The notes below the pieces were generated by a model that worked only from the letters and a program-made list of their open reading frames with translations, had not been told where the DNA came from and searched no databases. A program made the position numbers and the translations under genes. Source: a virus. Taken from it: a stretch of DNA of 64,000 nucleotides. Of the stretch, positions 28,299 to 38,040 are shown in pieces; position 1 is the first letter of the stretch; each line of letters starts with the position of its first letter. The stretch is from positions 52,087 through 116,086 of the IMG/VR virus record IMGVR_UViG_3300037418_002133; one strand, given 5' to 3'.

Positions 28299-28983
28299 TC
28301 AGGCCGCGCTCCTCTGCAAGAACGCGAAAGCGGCTCAGGAAGCGCTCCTCAGCTTCTTCCGGCGTCCAGTAGTGAAACATCGGAACGTCGCCGGCGAAGT
28401 CTTCCGAGAGGTAATTGGCCGCGTTGGAGACGATGTTGCGCTTCAATTCGGCGCCCACGACCACTTCGTCAGCCCAGCGCACTTGCTCGGGATAGGGGAA
28501 GACAAGATTGAACCGGTTCGCGATCGCCACCTCGATCTGGCGTTCCAGCTTCAGGTAAATGTCGCTGTAGACGGGCAGATATTTCAGCGGACGAATGACG
28601 TCGCCAATGTACGCCTCAGCGCCATCATGTAGCAGCGCCTCAAGCGCGACCTCTCGCTTGACGACCATCGAGCACAGAATGCAGTGCTCGGCGACGCTCA
28701 TCCAGCGCTTCGTTGCGCCGCCAAATCGACAGATACGGGACAGATGCCGCGCGATATCGTCGATGAAAACCTCTTCCGGCCGCGGATCGCAGGAGAAGAA
28801 CAAGCGACCGTGCGCCGTGTATTGATAGTTCCCGATGCGATCGGGAAAGCCTGGGGCGTGAACAGCGCCCATCAGATCCGCAATCGACAGTCCATCGGCG
28901 ACTCGCTTGATCTGCTCTGGCGACAAATCGAGACCCTTGGGTGTACCCGTCTTTGGCGTGCCACCCATCGTCATTGCGTCCAT
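28291..28983 (-). CDS. HD-domain phosphohydrolase (YfdR/YfbR-like)
   Basis: DIARHLSRICRFGG, SVAEH, LLHDGAEAYIGDV. Confidence 0.88.
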   Translation of the reverse strand: MDAMTMGGTPKTGTPKGLDLSPEQIKRVADGLSIADLMGAVHAPGFPDRIGNYQYTAHGRLFFSCDPRPEEVFIDDIARHLSRICRFGGATKRWMSVAEHCILCSMVVKREVALEALLHDGAEAYIGDVIRPLKYLPVYSDIYLKLERQIEVAIANRFNLVFPYPEQVRWADEVVVGAELKRNIVSNAANYLSEDFAGDVPMFHYWTPEEAEERFLSRFRVLAEERGLNV

Positions 28984-29004
28984 TTTATCGTTCCTTTCAG
29001 AGGG

Positions 29005-29051
29005 TGTCGCGCGCTATAAGTCAAAACTGACTTACATTATAGCGCGCGACA
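29005..29051 (-). promoter_or_regulatory. promoter/operator enclosed by a 15-bp inverted repeat
   Basis: TGTCGCGCGCTATAA ... TTATAGCGCGCGACA around TAAGTCAAAACTGACTTA. Confidence 0.75.
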
Positions 29052-29070
29052 ACAGGGAGCAGACTGCTCG

Positions 29071-30264
29071 TTAGGCCGCTTTACGGATCAGGTTGCGCGA
29101 CAGAGCGTCCCGATCCAGCTTCAGCTTGTCGGAGATCTGACGAAGGGATCCGCCGTCGTTCAGCATCCGCTGCGCCTTGACCAGCTTCTTGAGGTATTTC
29201 GGGTCCAGATCGGCCAGGTGCGGTCGATTGGCGATCAGCTTCTTGAGCATCCGCACGTCCTTCGGGTCGATCTTCGCAGCCTTGACCGCGTCCTTCGGGC
29301 TGTTGCTGGTCTTGGTGATCTTCTTCACCGGCTTTTGCTTCTTCCGCTGGACACGATCAGCCTTGACCTCGACCTTCTTGACTTCGATCTGGCCGAGGCC
29401 CGTCACCTGCACCGTCTCGCTGATCGGCGCGTGTTGACCGGCGACGACTTCCGACAGAAGTTGAAGGGCCGACGGAATGTCGTGGATCGACTGGCTGTGG
29501 TACGCGATATCGATGCCATCCTGCTCCGAGAAACGCGCGGCGATATGATAAGCCGCAACGCGCATCTTGGTGTCCTCGTTGAGGGGAACAGCGATGACGT
29601 CCTTCGGCTGAATCTTCACCAGACAGAGTCGACTGTTGGCGTACCAGAAACCCTTCAGATACGGACGGGACGCAATATGAAGCCCGGTCGAACACGCGAC
29701 ACGTCGATTGTCGTCGACCTTCGAGTCGGGCATGTAGACGAGCGAACCGACGTGCTGTCGAACCTTCTTCGAATGATGATCGACCATCGTGTCCTCGTCG
29801 ACTTGGGCGAGAATCTTAAAGCCGATGATCGAGCCATCGTCAGCGATCGGCAGGTCGGCGTTCTTCATGAACTTGGTCAGTTCGTCGATGGTGTGCTGGC
29901 GCTTGATTTCCTTGAACTTTTCCAGGAAGCGCTTGAAGCCTTTGGCGCCGTCGGCGTAGGCCCGATCGACGTGCATCTGCAAGGCGTCGGCGTCGACCGT
30001 GTGATTGCCGACCTGCACCTTGTTGCTGTCGTTTGCGGCGACAGTGACGGCGCCGTGCGTCAGCTCCTCGATCTGACGACCGATCGAGAAATCGCCGAGT
30101 TCGATTTCAGCCGTCTCGCCTTTGGCGATCTTCGGCATGATCGCCTCGACGATATCCGCAGTTCGAAAGCTGGCTTGCGGCAGCACTTCCGTATTGCCGT
30201 CGGCGAAAAACAGAGTGATGCCGACGTTATTGACGGCAGCACCGGTCACAAGTTTCTTTACCAT
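29071..30264 (-). CDS. rIIB: rIIB-like protein
   Basis: LPIADDGSIIGFK...VDDNRRVACSTGLH...VKIQPKDVIAVP; follows rIIA. Confidence 0.85.
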   Translation of the reverse strand: MVKKLVTGAAVNNVGITLFFADGNTEVLPQASFRTADIVEAIMPKIAKGETAEIELGDFSIGRQIEELTHGAVTVAANDSNKVQVGNHTVDADALQMHVDRAYADGAKGFKRFLEKFKEIKRQHTIDELTKFMKNADLPIADDGSIIGFKILAQVDEDTMVDHHSKKVRQHVGSLVYMPDSKVDDNRRVACSTGLHIASRPYLKGFWYANSRLCLVKIQPKDVIAVPLNEDTKMRVAAYHIAARFSEQDGIDIAYHSQSIHDIPSALQLLSEVVAGQHAPISETVQVTGLGQIEVKKVEVKADRVQRKKQKPVKKITKTSNSPKDAVKAAKIDPKDVRMLKKLIANRPHLADLDPKYLKKLVKAQRMLNDGGSLRQISDKLKLDRDALSRNLIRKAA

Positions 30265-32762
30265 TGGTCTCTTTCTCCGTTGTAAACCTTATTCATCGGG
30301 ACGATTTGTGTGAGCGGCGGAATATCGCCGGCGAGGAAGCGTTTGCCCTCGGCTTCGATCAGTTCGATCACCCGATTGACTGTCTCATCCGTTGCGCCGC
30401 GAGTGCGATGCGCGACGTTGTAGGGCTCGATGACTTGGGCGAGGAATTTCAGGTGGACAAGGTCGTCCCTCGTGACCCCCTGGAACCGAAACCGCTTCAA
30501 AAAGTGCATGAATTCCTTCGACACATACTGTTCGAAGGAATTGAACAGATCGTGGAAGCGCTTTTGGTCCGCCGTGAAGTGCTCGAATTCCGCTTCGTCG
30601 AGCCAGGCAGATTTGCCCTTCAAATTGCTGTTCGTGAAAAAGGATCTGGCGATGCGCCAGGTCTTGTAAGCCTCGTCGAGCTTGGCCGACGGCTTATAGG
30701 GCTGCATGAACAGCGCCGAGACCATACGTCGGCTCAATCCAGCCAACGCATTGATCAGATTGACCTCGTTGCCGGATCGCGCCACAGATCCGAAGCGCTC
30801 GAACAGCGAGGCGTAGGCGACGAAGGCGTGTTGTTCACTTCGAGGATTGACGACACGGCGCAATCGATCAAAGACCACGCTGGACAGGCGGGGAATGCCC
30901 ATCTTGACCAGACGATCGCGCTCCTCGGTCGAGATCGGCAGACAGGCATCGTCCGGCATAAGGTCTTCGTTGAGGTCACGCTGAAGGCTGTAGAGCACCG
31001 TCGGCTTGATCCGCTCGATTGTCGGCTGCATTGGTCCGATTGTGACGTACTTCGGCTTGACCTGGACTTTCTTGCGGGTCAGCGCGACCGGGTGAAACAT
31101 CGAGGGTGTTTCGATGCTCGGCGCCTCGGCGACGAAATATTGGTTGTAGTTGCGATCCTGAATGGATTTGGTGAACTTGAACGGGGTGAACAACATCGAT
31201 TTCGGCGCGTGTTCGCGCACAATGACGCTGCGCCGGAGACGCTTCTGCGCCTCGACAGCCTTAACCCTAAGTCGGAACCACCCCGCACGCCGGGTCATTT
31301 CCTCGATCTGTTCGGGCGTGATCGATTTGGAGATAATTCCGAAGCCGTAGCACTCGCTTTTCTGGAAAGCTGTGACCGATGGCGCGACAGTGAGGAGATC
31401 GTAGGAGTTGTAAGTGAGAGACGCGCGGCGCGTCTTTGTCAGTGACTGCGGCGCGCTGTCAAATCCGTACTTGAAGTACAGCTTCGCGTCTGGAATATCG
31501 ACGATCAGCCGCGCCAGACGAGAGACCATCAGCCGGTGATAGTCATTCTCCCAGCGCATATCGGGATAGTTCTTTCCGATGATGGACCTAAGCAAATATT
31601 TGCGGTGATCGCGGTAGTAGTCCGCGAGAGTCCGAACTGTGGCTGGCTCTATGCCGCCCCTTTGATCGTTCAGTTTGGCGTGCGCTATCAAACGCGCGGC
31701 TTTCTCTGCACCAATAAATCCGTCGTTTTCCGGGAATGGTTCGCCGATAGTGCTGGCCCGAGAAATCAGCTTTGAACGATCATATCCTTTGAACCGCTCG
31801 ATGACGATTTCCTTCGTTACGCGACCGTACACGCTTTCAAGCTCATGCGCGGCCCGACGCATCATTCGCATGAGAGCATTAACGGTCTTCTCGTTGTAGC
31901 CCAGACCCTCGCGTGAGGGCTGAACCGACAGCGAGGAGGGCGACGCATAGAAGACGAAGGAAAACCCGTCGCGCCGGAACTTGCGCAGACGTTCGGCGAA
32001 CGGTCGCAGCGCATCATTGATGTCGATCGGGTACAGAACGTGTCCATAAAGGACGCTGAAACTGCTCCGCGCGAACCGCTCGTCATCATCGACCTCGAAT
32101 AAGCCGAAACCAGCATCCTCCAGGCCGGAATAGTCACGACCATTCTCGAACAACTTGCCGTTCAAATTGATCGGCAAGCCACTATTGCGCGCGAACGCCG
32201 AGAGCGCTCGCTCGAACGGGTTTCGATACTTCTCCTCGATCGGGATCGAGACCAGCAGGCCGCTTTCCTCCGTCGGACCCGTCGCCATCACCTGAGCAGT
32301 CGGCTTGCCGTCGGTATCGTCGTTGCCGATCGACAGCAGATAGGTGCGCTTCGTTCCTTCATGATGACTCGTGATCATGAAGTGATCGGTCAGACAGAAG
32401 GGCGCTTTACAGCCGAGCCCAAACCCGCCGATCTGTTGATCGTCGTGGGTCTTGGTCGAGCCGAAATACGTCAGGTAAATCTCGGAAATCTTGTCGTCCG
32501 GAATGCCGGCGCCATAATCTCGAAAAGTGAGCGTTGTATCCGAGAGCGTAACCTCGATCGGACGATCGGCGATGCCGGCAGCGACGTGGGCGTCATAGAC
32601 GTTGCAGATGGTCTCGCGGACGATCGCCATCGGCTTGTCCTGGTACAACGCATCGGACAAAATCTTGAAGGCGTGCGCTGACGCCGCGATCTGAAATGAA
32701 TGCTGTTTTCCGCCGCCAAGAACAGCGTACTTGTCAGATTCGTATGCCTGACTGACTTGCAT
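30258..32762 (-). CDS. rIIA: rIIA-like protein (N-terminal GHKL ATPase)
   Basis: AFKILSDALY...VRETICNVYDAH, DYGAGI, GSTK, IGGFGLGCK. Confidence 0.88.
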   Translation of the reverse strand: MQVSQAYESDKYAVLGGGKQHSFQIAASAHAFKILSDALYQDKPMAIVRETICNVYDAHVAAGIADRPIEVTLSDTTLTFRDYGAGIPDDKISEIYLTYFGSTKTHDDQQIGGFGLGCKAPFCLTDHFMITSHHEGTKRTYLLSIGNDDTDGKPTAQVMATGPTEESGLLVSIPIEEKYRNPFERALSAFARNSGLPINLNGKLFENGRDYSGLEDAGFGLFEVDDDERFARSSFSVLYGHVLYPIDINDALRPFAERLRKFRRDGFSFVFYASPSSLSVQPSREGLGYNEKTVNALMRMMRRAAHELESVYGRVTKEIVIERFKGYDRSKLISRASTIGEPFPENDGFIGAEKAARLIAHAKLNDQRGGIEPATVRTLADYYRDHRKYLLRSIIGKNYPDMRWENDYHRLMVSRLARLIVDIPDAKLYFKYGFDSAPQSLTKTRRASLTYNSYDLLTVAPSVTAFQKSECYGFGIISKSITPEQIEEMTRRAGWFRLRVKAVEAQKRLRRSVIVREHAPKSMLFTPFKFTKSIQDRNYNQYFVAEAPSIETPSMFHPVALTRKKVQVKPKYVTIGPMQPTIERIKPTVLYSLQRDLNEDLMPDDACLPISTEERDRLVKMGIPRLSSVVFDRLRRVVNPRSEQHAFVAYASLFERFGSVARSGNEVNLINALAGLSRRMVSALFMQPYKPSAKLDEAYKTWRIARSFFTNSNLKGKSAWLDEAEFEHFTADQKRFHDLFNSFEQYVSKEFMHFLKRFRFQGVTRDDLVHLKFLAQVIEPYNVAHRTRGATDETVNRVIELIEAEGKRFLAGDIPPLTQIVPMNKVYNGERDQW

Positions 32763-32840
32763 GATTTCCCCTTGTGTAACGTCGTTCGCTAAGAAGAACA
32801 TAGCGAACGACGCTGCGGATTGCGGTTGGTAGAGTGTCGG

Positions 32841-33863
32841 CTAGATGTGGCAGTCGACGATGGCGATCCACGTCTCGGGCGACAGACCGTCGAGCATTTC
32901 GGCGACCTTCTTCTGCCACTCGCTTTCGCTCATTTCGTCGGACGACATGCCGAACCAGCCCATTTCGCCCTTCTGATACCAGCAGCCGTCTTTGACGATG
33001 GCATAGGTCTGAAGGACGCGAGCGCGAGCAGCCGCGACGTAATCGTCAACCGAACCGCTGTAGGCGATCAGATCGTTGTCGCCGTTGAAGAAGCTGACGA
33101 GATTCGCCTTCTGAAGGTCGAGGTGAACCTGATCCTTGCGGTATTCCTCGCGCGCTTCGTCGATCCGTTCGGTGCCGAACTTGTCGAGCGTGTCCTTCCA
33201 GAGGACAATCGGACGGCCGGCGATGATTTCCTGCGCCTTGTTGAACTGTTCGAGGGCTTTGGCGCCGGCTTCATCGCGAAGCGCATCGAGTGGAATATCC
33301 TTGAGTTGCGCGATATTTCCGATGTTGCGCCAGTTGGTCGGCCATTTCGGCTTGCCGTCCTCGTCGATGTTCTCCGGATCGGTCGACGGGTCATATTCCG
33401 GCTTGAGCATACCGCTCCAGCGACCACCAACTTGCCACCAATCCCACTTCTTGTTCGGATTGGTCTTTTGATAGTAGCGACCGTCCCGTGCGCCTTCCTC
33501 GATGCCGAAATGATCCTCGGCACACTCATCCATCGTCTTGTAGCCGATGCCGATCTGCCGAGCTTCATCGGCCGATACCGTCTTTTCGACGGCGCCTTCG
33601 GGCAACTTCCACGTCTTACAGCGGTCGTCCGTGATGACGTAACACCGATCGTCGTAGCGGCTGATCATGGAACCATCGGCGAGAACGACGACCTTCTGAT
33701 CGCGGTTGAAAATCTCAAGGACTTCGTCGGTAATGTCCTCTTCGACCACGTATTGATCGACAATGCCGGTGCATTCGTATTCGTGCCAGGGCTGAAGGAT
33801 CGGCGCCAGCGTTTCGTCATTCAACTCCTTGTCGTGAATGACCATGACCGAGAAATGGCTCAT
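32841..33863 (-). CDS. phage hypothetical protein
   Basis: MSHFSVMVI, NPNKKWDWWQVGGRWSG, IVDCHI; promoter box 33916-33928. Confidence 0.8.
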   Translation of the reverse strand: MSHFSVMVIHDKELNDETLAPILQPWHEYECTGIVDQYVVEEDITDEVLEIFNRDQKVVVLADGSMISRYDDRCYVITDDRCKTWKLPEGAVEKTVSADEARQIGIGYKTMDECAEDHFGIEEGARDGRYYQKTNPNKKWDWWQVGGRWSGMLKPEYDPSTDPENIDEDGKPKWPTNWRNIGNIAQLKDIPLDALRDEAGAKALEQFNKAQEIIAGRPIVLWKDTLDKFGTERIDEAREEYRKDQVHLDLQKANLVSFFNGDNDLIAYSGSVDDYVAAARARVLQTYAIVKDGCWYQKGEMGWFGMSSDEMSESEWQKKVAEMLDGLSPETWIAIVDCHI

Positions 33864-33942
33864 TGTGTCCTCTTGCGTGTTGTGAAAGTGAAGAGACGAT
33901 ATCGAGCTATCATCTGGAATGCGGTCGGTAGATCGCTGGCGT

Positions 33943-34551
33943 TTAGTGGTGGACGATCTGTTTGGACTGCGCGGCGATCTCCCCCATTCGCCGATAGATG
34001 ATCTGGCAAGCCAGGTCGCGGCGATCGTCCATATGCGTCGTGTCGAGCCGACTGACGTACATATGAGGCTCGACCAGGCTCGCAGCGCCCTCGATCAGAA
34101 GCTGGACGCAACGCTGATAGCCAAGGTTCGGCGGGGGCGACTTGGGATCCGCCGTATAACTGGCGAGCGGCCCGACAATGATGACAGTGTCGAAGTGGCG
34201 AATCGCCTCGTCGAGGCATTGGTCGACGTACTTGTTGACCCTCTCGCCAAGCTCGACCGATGAATTGTGCATGGTGATCTCGCCGAGCATGTAGCCGATC
34301 ATGTCGAGTGGCGTGCGATCAGTGATCAGCGGGCGAGGGGCCTTTTGCAGATTCTGGAGGTAGCGCTTGAGCAGAAATTCCTGCGCCTCTACCCGCTGCT
34401 CCAGCGGAATATCACCCACGGCGTTGATGCCGAATTCGGCCATCAGCTTCGTGGTGCTGGCGTCGAAATAGTGCATTCCCAGGGCTTCCGAGACTTGCTT
34501 CGCCAGTGTCGTCTTGCCGGACCGGTGACAGCCGCTGATTGCAAATGCCAT
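33943..34551 (-). CDS. P-loop nucleotide kinase / AAA_28-like protein
   Basis: SGCHRSGKTT, ITDRTPLD. Confidence 0.75.
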   Translation of the reverse strand: MAFAISGCHRSGKTTLAKQVSEALGMHYFDASTTKLMAEFGINAVGDIPLEQRVEAQEFLLKRYLQNLQKAPRPLITDRTPLDMIGYMLGEITMHNSSVELGERVNKYVDQCLDEAIRHFDTVIIVGPLASYTADPKSPPPNLGYQRCVQLLIEGAASLVEPHMYVSRLDTTHMDDRRDLACQIIYRRMGEIAAQSKQIVHH

Positions 34552-34552
34552 G

Positions 34553-35173
34553 TCAGACTCCCGTTGAGCCGTAGGCGCCGGTGCCGCGACCCGTCTCGGA
34601 CAGATCATCGACCTCGTAGAGATACGCCTTCCAGCGCGGCTGAAACACGAGTTGAGCAATCCGATCACCAGGCTTGACCTGAAAAAGCTCCTTGCCGGCA
34701 TTGTAGAGAATGACGCCGATGCCGCCCCGATAGTCGGGGTCGATCGTTCCGGGGCTGTTCAGAACCGTGATGTGCTTCTTGAGCGCCAAACCGGAACGCG
34801 GTCTAACCTGTGCTTCCACGTTCGACGGCAGATTGAGAGCGATATTGGTGATGATCAGGCGAGTTTCACCTGGCGGGATCGAGGCGTCCTGGTCGGCGCA
34901 CAAATCCATGCCGACAGCTTGATCGGTCGCATACTTCGGCGCGATCGCTGTACTGCTAAGGCGCTTGAACGAAATGCCGACCTCGTTGGTGCAACGATAG
35001 GACGGCGCCTTTGACAGATCGCCAAAAAGCGATCGTGATTGTCCGATGGCGGGAGTGGGATAAACGTCATCAAAAGAGGGCTCGACATATTCGAAACGCT
35101 CAAGATCGCCGCTTTCATTGACGCGAACGCTGGGAGTGCGAAACCAATTCAAGAAAGACATTGAAAACCTCAT
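34553..35173 (-). CDS. dut: trimeric dUTPase with N-terminal extension
   Basis: GMDL, RPRSGLA, GTIDPDYRG, GDRIAQ, RGTGAYGSTG. Confidence 0.93.
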   Translation of the reverse strand: MRFSMSFLNWFRTPSVRVNESGDLERFEYVEPSFDDVYPTPAIGQSRSLFGDLSKAPSYRCTNEVGISFKRLSSTAIAPKYATDQAVGMDLCADQDASIPPGETRLIITNIALNLPSNVEAQVRPRSGLALKKHITVLNSPGTIDPDYRGGIGVILYNAGKELFQVKPGDRIAQLVFQPRWKAYLYEVDDLSETGRGTGAYGSTGV

Positions 35174-35220
35174 GAAAAGAGGAGGCTTAGACCTCCTCTG
35201 TTGGCGCCGGCGTTGTTTGA

Positions 35221-35430
35221 TCAGGCGATCAAATTGCTGAGGTTCTTGAGCGTCTTCTCGGCGCGATCAGCGTTGGCATCGGCCTGAGCCGCATTCACCT
35301 GTGCGAGACGCTGTTCCTCGCGATGCTTTTCAGCCTTGGCGCGATTGCTCGCGACGAAGGTGTCAAGATCGCGCTGGATCTTGGTGAAGCCGTTAATGAT
35401 GCTGTCGTAGGTCTTTTCGAAAACTGCCAT
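35221..35430 (-). CDS. hypothetical coiled-coil protein
   Basis: GGAG RBS; hairpin at about 35178-35200 downstream. Confidence 0.6.
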   Translation of the reverse strand: MAVFEKTYDSIINGFTKIQRDLDTFVASNRAKAEKHREEQRLAQVNAAQADANADRAEKTLKNLSNLIA

Positions 35431-35463
35431 GATAACTCCGTGGGTTGGCGTGTAGAGAAAGGA

Positions 35464-35643
35464 TTAGGAGAGGGCGATCTGCCCAGCGGCGATCTGACGC
35501 TGGCGCCGTTCGCGCTCCCGCTTGCCGTTGGGCGCGTACTTCTTCGATCGGTTGATGCCGGTCGTGTAGGTGACGCGCGGATCGAAGGGGCGGTCGCCGA
35601 GAAATTCCTTCACAGCGCGGGGCGGAACCTTGAGAAGTTTCAT
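35464..35643 (-). CDS. small basic hypothetical protein
   Basis: Manual translation MKLLKVPP...; GAGG RBS after operator 35657-35672. Confidence 0.55.
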   Translation of the reverse strand: MKLLKVPPRAVKEFLGDRPFDPRVTYTTGINRSKKYAPNGKRERERRQRQIAAGQIALS

Positions 35644-35688
35644 GTTTTCCTCGAAAAAGTCAGTTCTGACTTATAATATAGCGCAAAA

Positions 35689-36636
35689 TTACAGACACTC
35701 GTTCGGAAGCATTTTGCGGTACTGGCGGAACCCGACGAAGTTGCCGTGCTGATGAGGATTGAACCAACCGAACCTACCGAAGCCAAGCCCGCCGATATCA
35801 TCAGCCTGCGCGACATGCTCGCAGGGACTGGCGTGAAGCGGCGTCGAGGCCACAAGTTTGTCGTGCAGGGCGATGGCGCGGTCGAGCGTCATGTCGAAGC
35901 CGTCAACGGTCTTGTAGGAGGTCGAGGCACAGCGGGCGACGGATAGCTTGCGTAGAGCCAGACTTATGCGTTCATTAGTTGGATTGATCTTTACTCCATT
36001 GCGAAGGTAATCGATCGTCAGACGAACATCGTCAGGCTGAACAAATGGCATGTGCCACTGACCCGGCTCCAGCGTCTGGATCGTGCTTTCATCGTCCAGA
36101 CACTTCCGAACCTCACGCGCCAGCATCGCAATGTGCGGTTCGGCGTCGGGATGATCGCGCAGCGCGAGGAAGTTGGACCAGGCGACCAGATCCATGCCGG
36201 ACGCGAGCACCGTGATGTGCATCCACGGCTCGATCAGGCGGTTCACGATTTGCTTATGGTAGCCGGCCGCGTCAAAGGCTTCGGCAATGCGAATGACATT
36301 GTCGCGAGCCTCAAGCCACGCTGCTTCGGGCAAGGACGGGCAATCCGTGCCGTCGAATCCGCGATACCGTACCGGCTCGTTGCACTCCTCGAACGCCTGC
36401 ATTCCCTTCTGATTCTTGCCCCAATGCAGCGGCACGAACGGATCGTCCTTGATCGACTGAATCAGTTTGGCGACCGGAATGGCGCGGGAGCTGGCCGAGT
36501 TCTTCGAAAGCATTCGGTGCGTCATGAACTCGGCGTGGATACAGCGCGGATAGCGGAGCAATAGGGTGCTCAACACCTTGTCCGACGATGCTGCGTTACG
36601 GCTGCGAAGAATGGTCTTGGCCGAAATCGTGGTCAT
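35689..36636 (-). CDS. thyX: flavin-dependent thymidylate synthase-like protein
   Basis: IHAEFMTHRMLSKNSASSRAIP, HKQIVNRL, FLALR, HASPCEH. Confidence 0.8.
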   Translation of the reverse strand: MTTISAKTILRSRNAASSDKVLSTLLLRYPRCIHAEFMTHRMLSKNSASSRAIPVAKLIQSIKDDPFVPLHWGKNQKGMQAFEECNEPVRYRGFDGTDCPSLPEAAWLEARDNVIRIAEAFDAAGYHKQIVNRLIEPWMHITVLASGMDLVAWSNFLALRDHPDAEPHIAMLAREVRKCLDDESTIQTLEPGQWHMPFVQPDDVRLTIDYLRNGVKINPTNERISLALRKLSVARCASTSYKTVDGFDMTLDRAIALHDKLVASTPLHASPCEHVAQADDIGGLGFGRFGWFNPHQHGNFVGFRQYRKMLPNECL

Positions 36637-36932
36637 GCTGCGTTGTCCATGTCCGTTTCTTGAATTTGAAGTTCCTTGCCGGCATAACCCATCGCCACGA
36701 GCGAACGCGCGACTAGATGCCAGACGTGAATTGCAAGGCGGGGATATTTCCGAACAAAGCCGGATCGCTGAGAAGTACGCCGATCAAGATCCTCTTTGGA
36801 GCGACCCCGTAGCGTGGTGCAGGAATAATCGCCCTTGGTCGCCGTGCCGCCGATATTGCAGATGTGCATCCGCGCCAGTTCAGAAACCTCGCCTGTGATA
36901 GCGGAATGTAATTCGACCCGAACAACGATCAT
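36633..36932 (-). CDS. hypothetical protein
   Basis: Overlap with thyX. Confidence 0.6.
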   Translation of the reverse strand: MIVVRVELHSAITGEVSELARMHICNIGGTATKGDYSCTTLRGRSKEDLDRRTSQRSGFVRKYPRLAIHVWHLVARSLVAMGYAGKELQIQETDMDNAA

Positions 36933-36935
36933 TTG

Positions 36936-37304
36936 TTACCACCAAGAAGTGTAGTAGACCGATCGTCCGTCCTCGATCGCTGCGCGCGCCAACCGGATGA
37001 ATTCGATATCCTCACCGATACGATCGGGCGTGGTCTGGCCGAAGAAAAATCCTGATGTCTCGGGGAGAGATTGACCAAGGACGACCTTCTCCAGCGTATC
37101 GAGATCGGCGCTGGTGACTTCAACGGTGTTCAGGTTAAAGTCCTCGCTGGTGCCACCCTTCAATCTGTATAGATTGTGCATCCAACCATGCAGATTCGGA
37201 TGCTTGCGCCAGTAGTACAGCTCCTCGTCAGCTTCGAGTTCTTCGAAGTCCGCCGGCTTGTCGAATTTGCCGTCGCGAACCTTCGCATACATGTCGAGAC
37301 CCAT
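36936..37304 (-). CDS. phage hypothetical protein
   Basis: MGLDMY, YWRKHPNLHGWM, LPETSGFFFG, YYTSWW. Confidence 0.75.
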   Translation of the reverse strand: MGLDMYAKVRDGKFDKPADFEELEADEELYYWRKHPNLHGWMHNLYRLKGGTSEDFNLNTVEVTSADLDTLEKVVLGQSLPETSGFFFGQTTPDRIGEDIEFIRLARAAIEDGRSVYYTSWW

Positions 37305-37461
37305 CATGCCCTCTATTCATTTAATCACCGCGCCCTGGCTTTTCGCCAGGGGCGGGATTTGTGCTGCCGGTACGGGATGGTCTGAAATCAACGCATGATC
37401 GCCTCCTGTGTTTCCCGGTAGATCAGATTCGAACAAAAGTCAAAACTGACTTATTCAATGA

Positions 37462-38040
37462 TCACTTTATAGCAGAAATGACGCGGGAAGCGACCGGCTT
37501 GTGAAGGGGCTGATAAAGCGTCGTCTTTGAATTCCTGCCGGCGTCCCAGACGCACCACATGACCTCCATCGTCGGTCGGCCGAGACCGAGGAAGTCAGGG
37601 CGCCATAGCAGCGGCAGCACCGCAGCCGGACGATGTTTCCGGAATAGGCTCGAACGGCTCTTGGCGTGCCAATAGGTCGATTTGAGCACCATCGCCATGC
37701 GTCGGGGTTTCAGCACCTCCTGGCAATGAACGATGATGTCCTCGGCCAGATTGAAGGGCGGATTGGTGACGATGTTGTCCGCCAAAGGCTCCTTGATATC
37801 GAAGATCGAGGCTTGCGAGCCGTAACCGCGATCGACGAGATCGGTGCCGACCACGTCATAGCCGTGCCGTTCGAGGACACGAGCCATGGCGCCGTCACCA
37901 CAGCAGCATTCATGCATGGTTCCAGAGAACCTGATGGTTCGACACAGAGCCTCGGTAACCTCGTCCGGTGTCGGATACCAATCATCGTCCTGGCGACCCT
38001 CGGAAGGATCGCCACCCGCCATTGCCGCGCCAAGACCCAT
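37462..38040 (-). CDS. amino-DNA methyltransferase (N6-A/N4-C)
   Basis: DDWYPTP, ECCCGDG SAM motif, IVTNPPF; TAATG overlap with nrdJ. Confidence 0.85.
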   Translation of the reverse strand: MGLGAAMAGGDPSEGRQDDDWYPTPDEVTEALCRTIRFSGTMHECCCGDGAMARVLERHGYDVVGTDLVDRGYGSQASIFDIKEPLADNIVTNPPFNLAEDIIVHCQEVLKPRRMAMVLKSTYWHAKSRSSLFRKHRPAAVLPLLWRPDFLGLGRPTMEVMWCVWDAGRNSKTTLYQPLHKPVASRVISAIK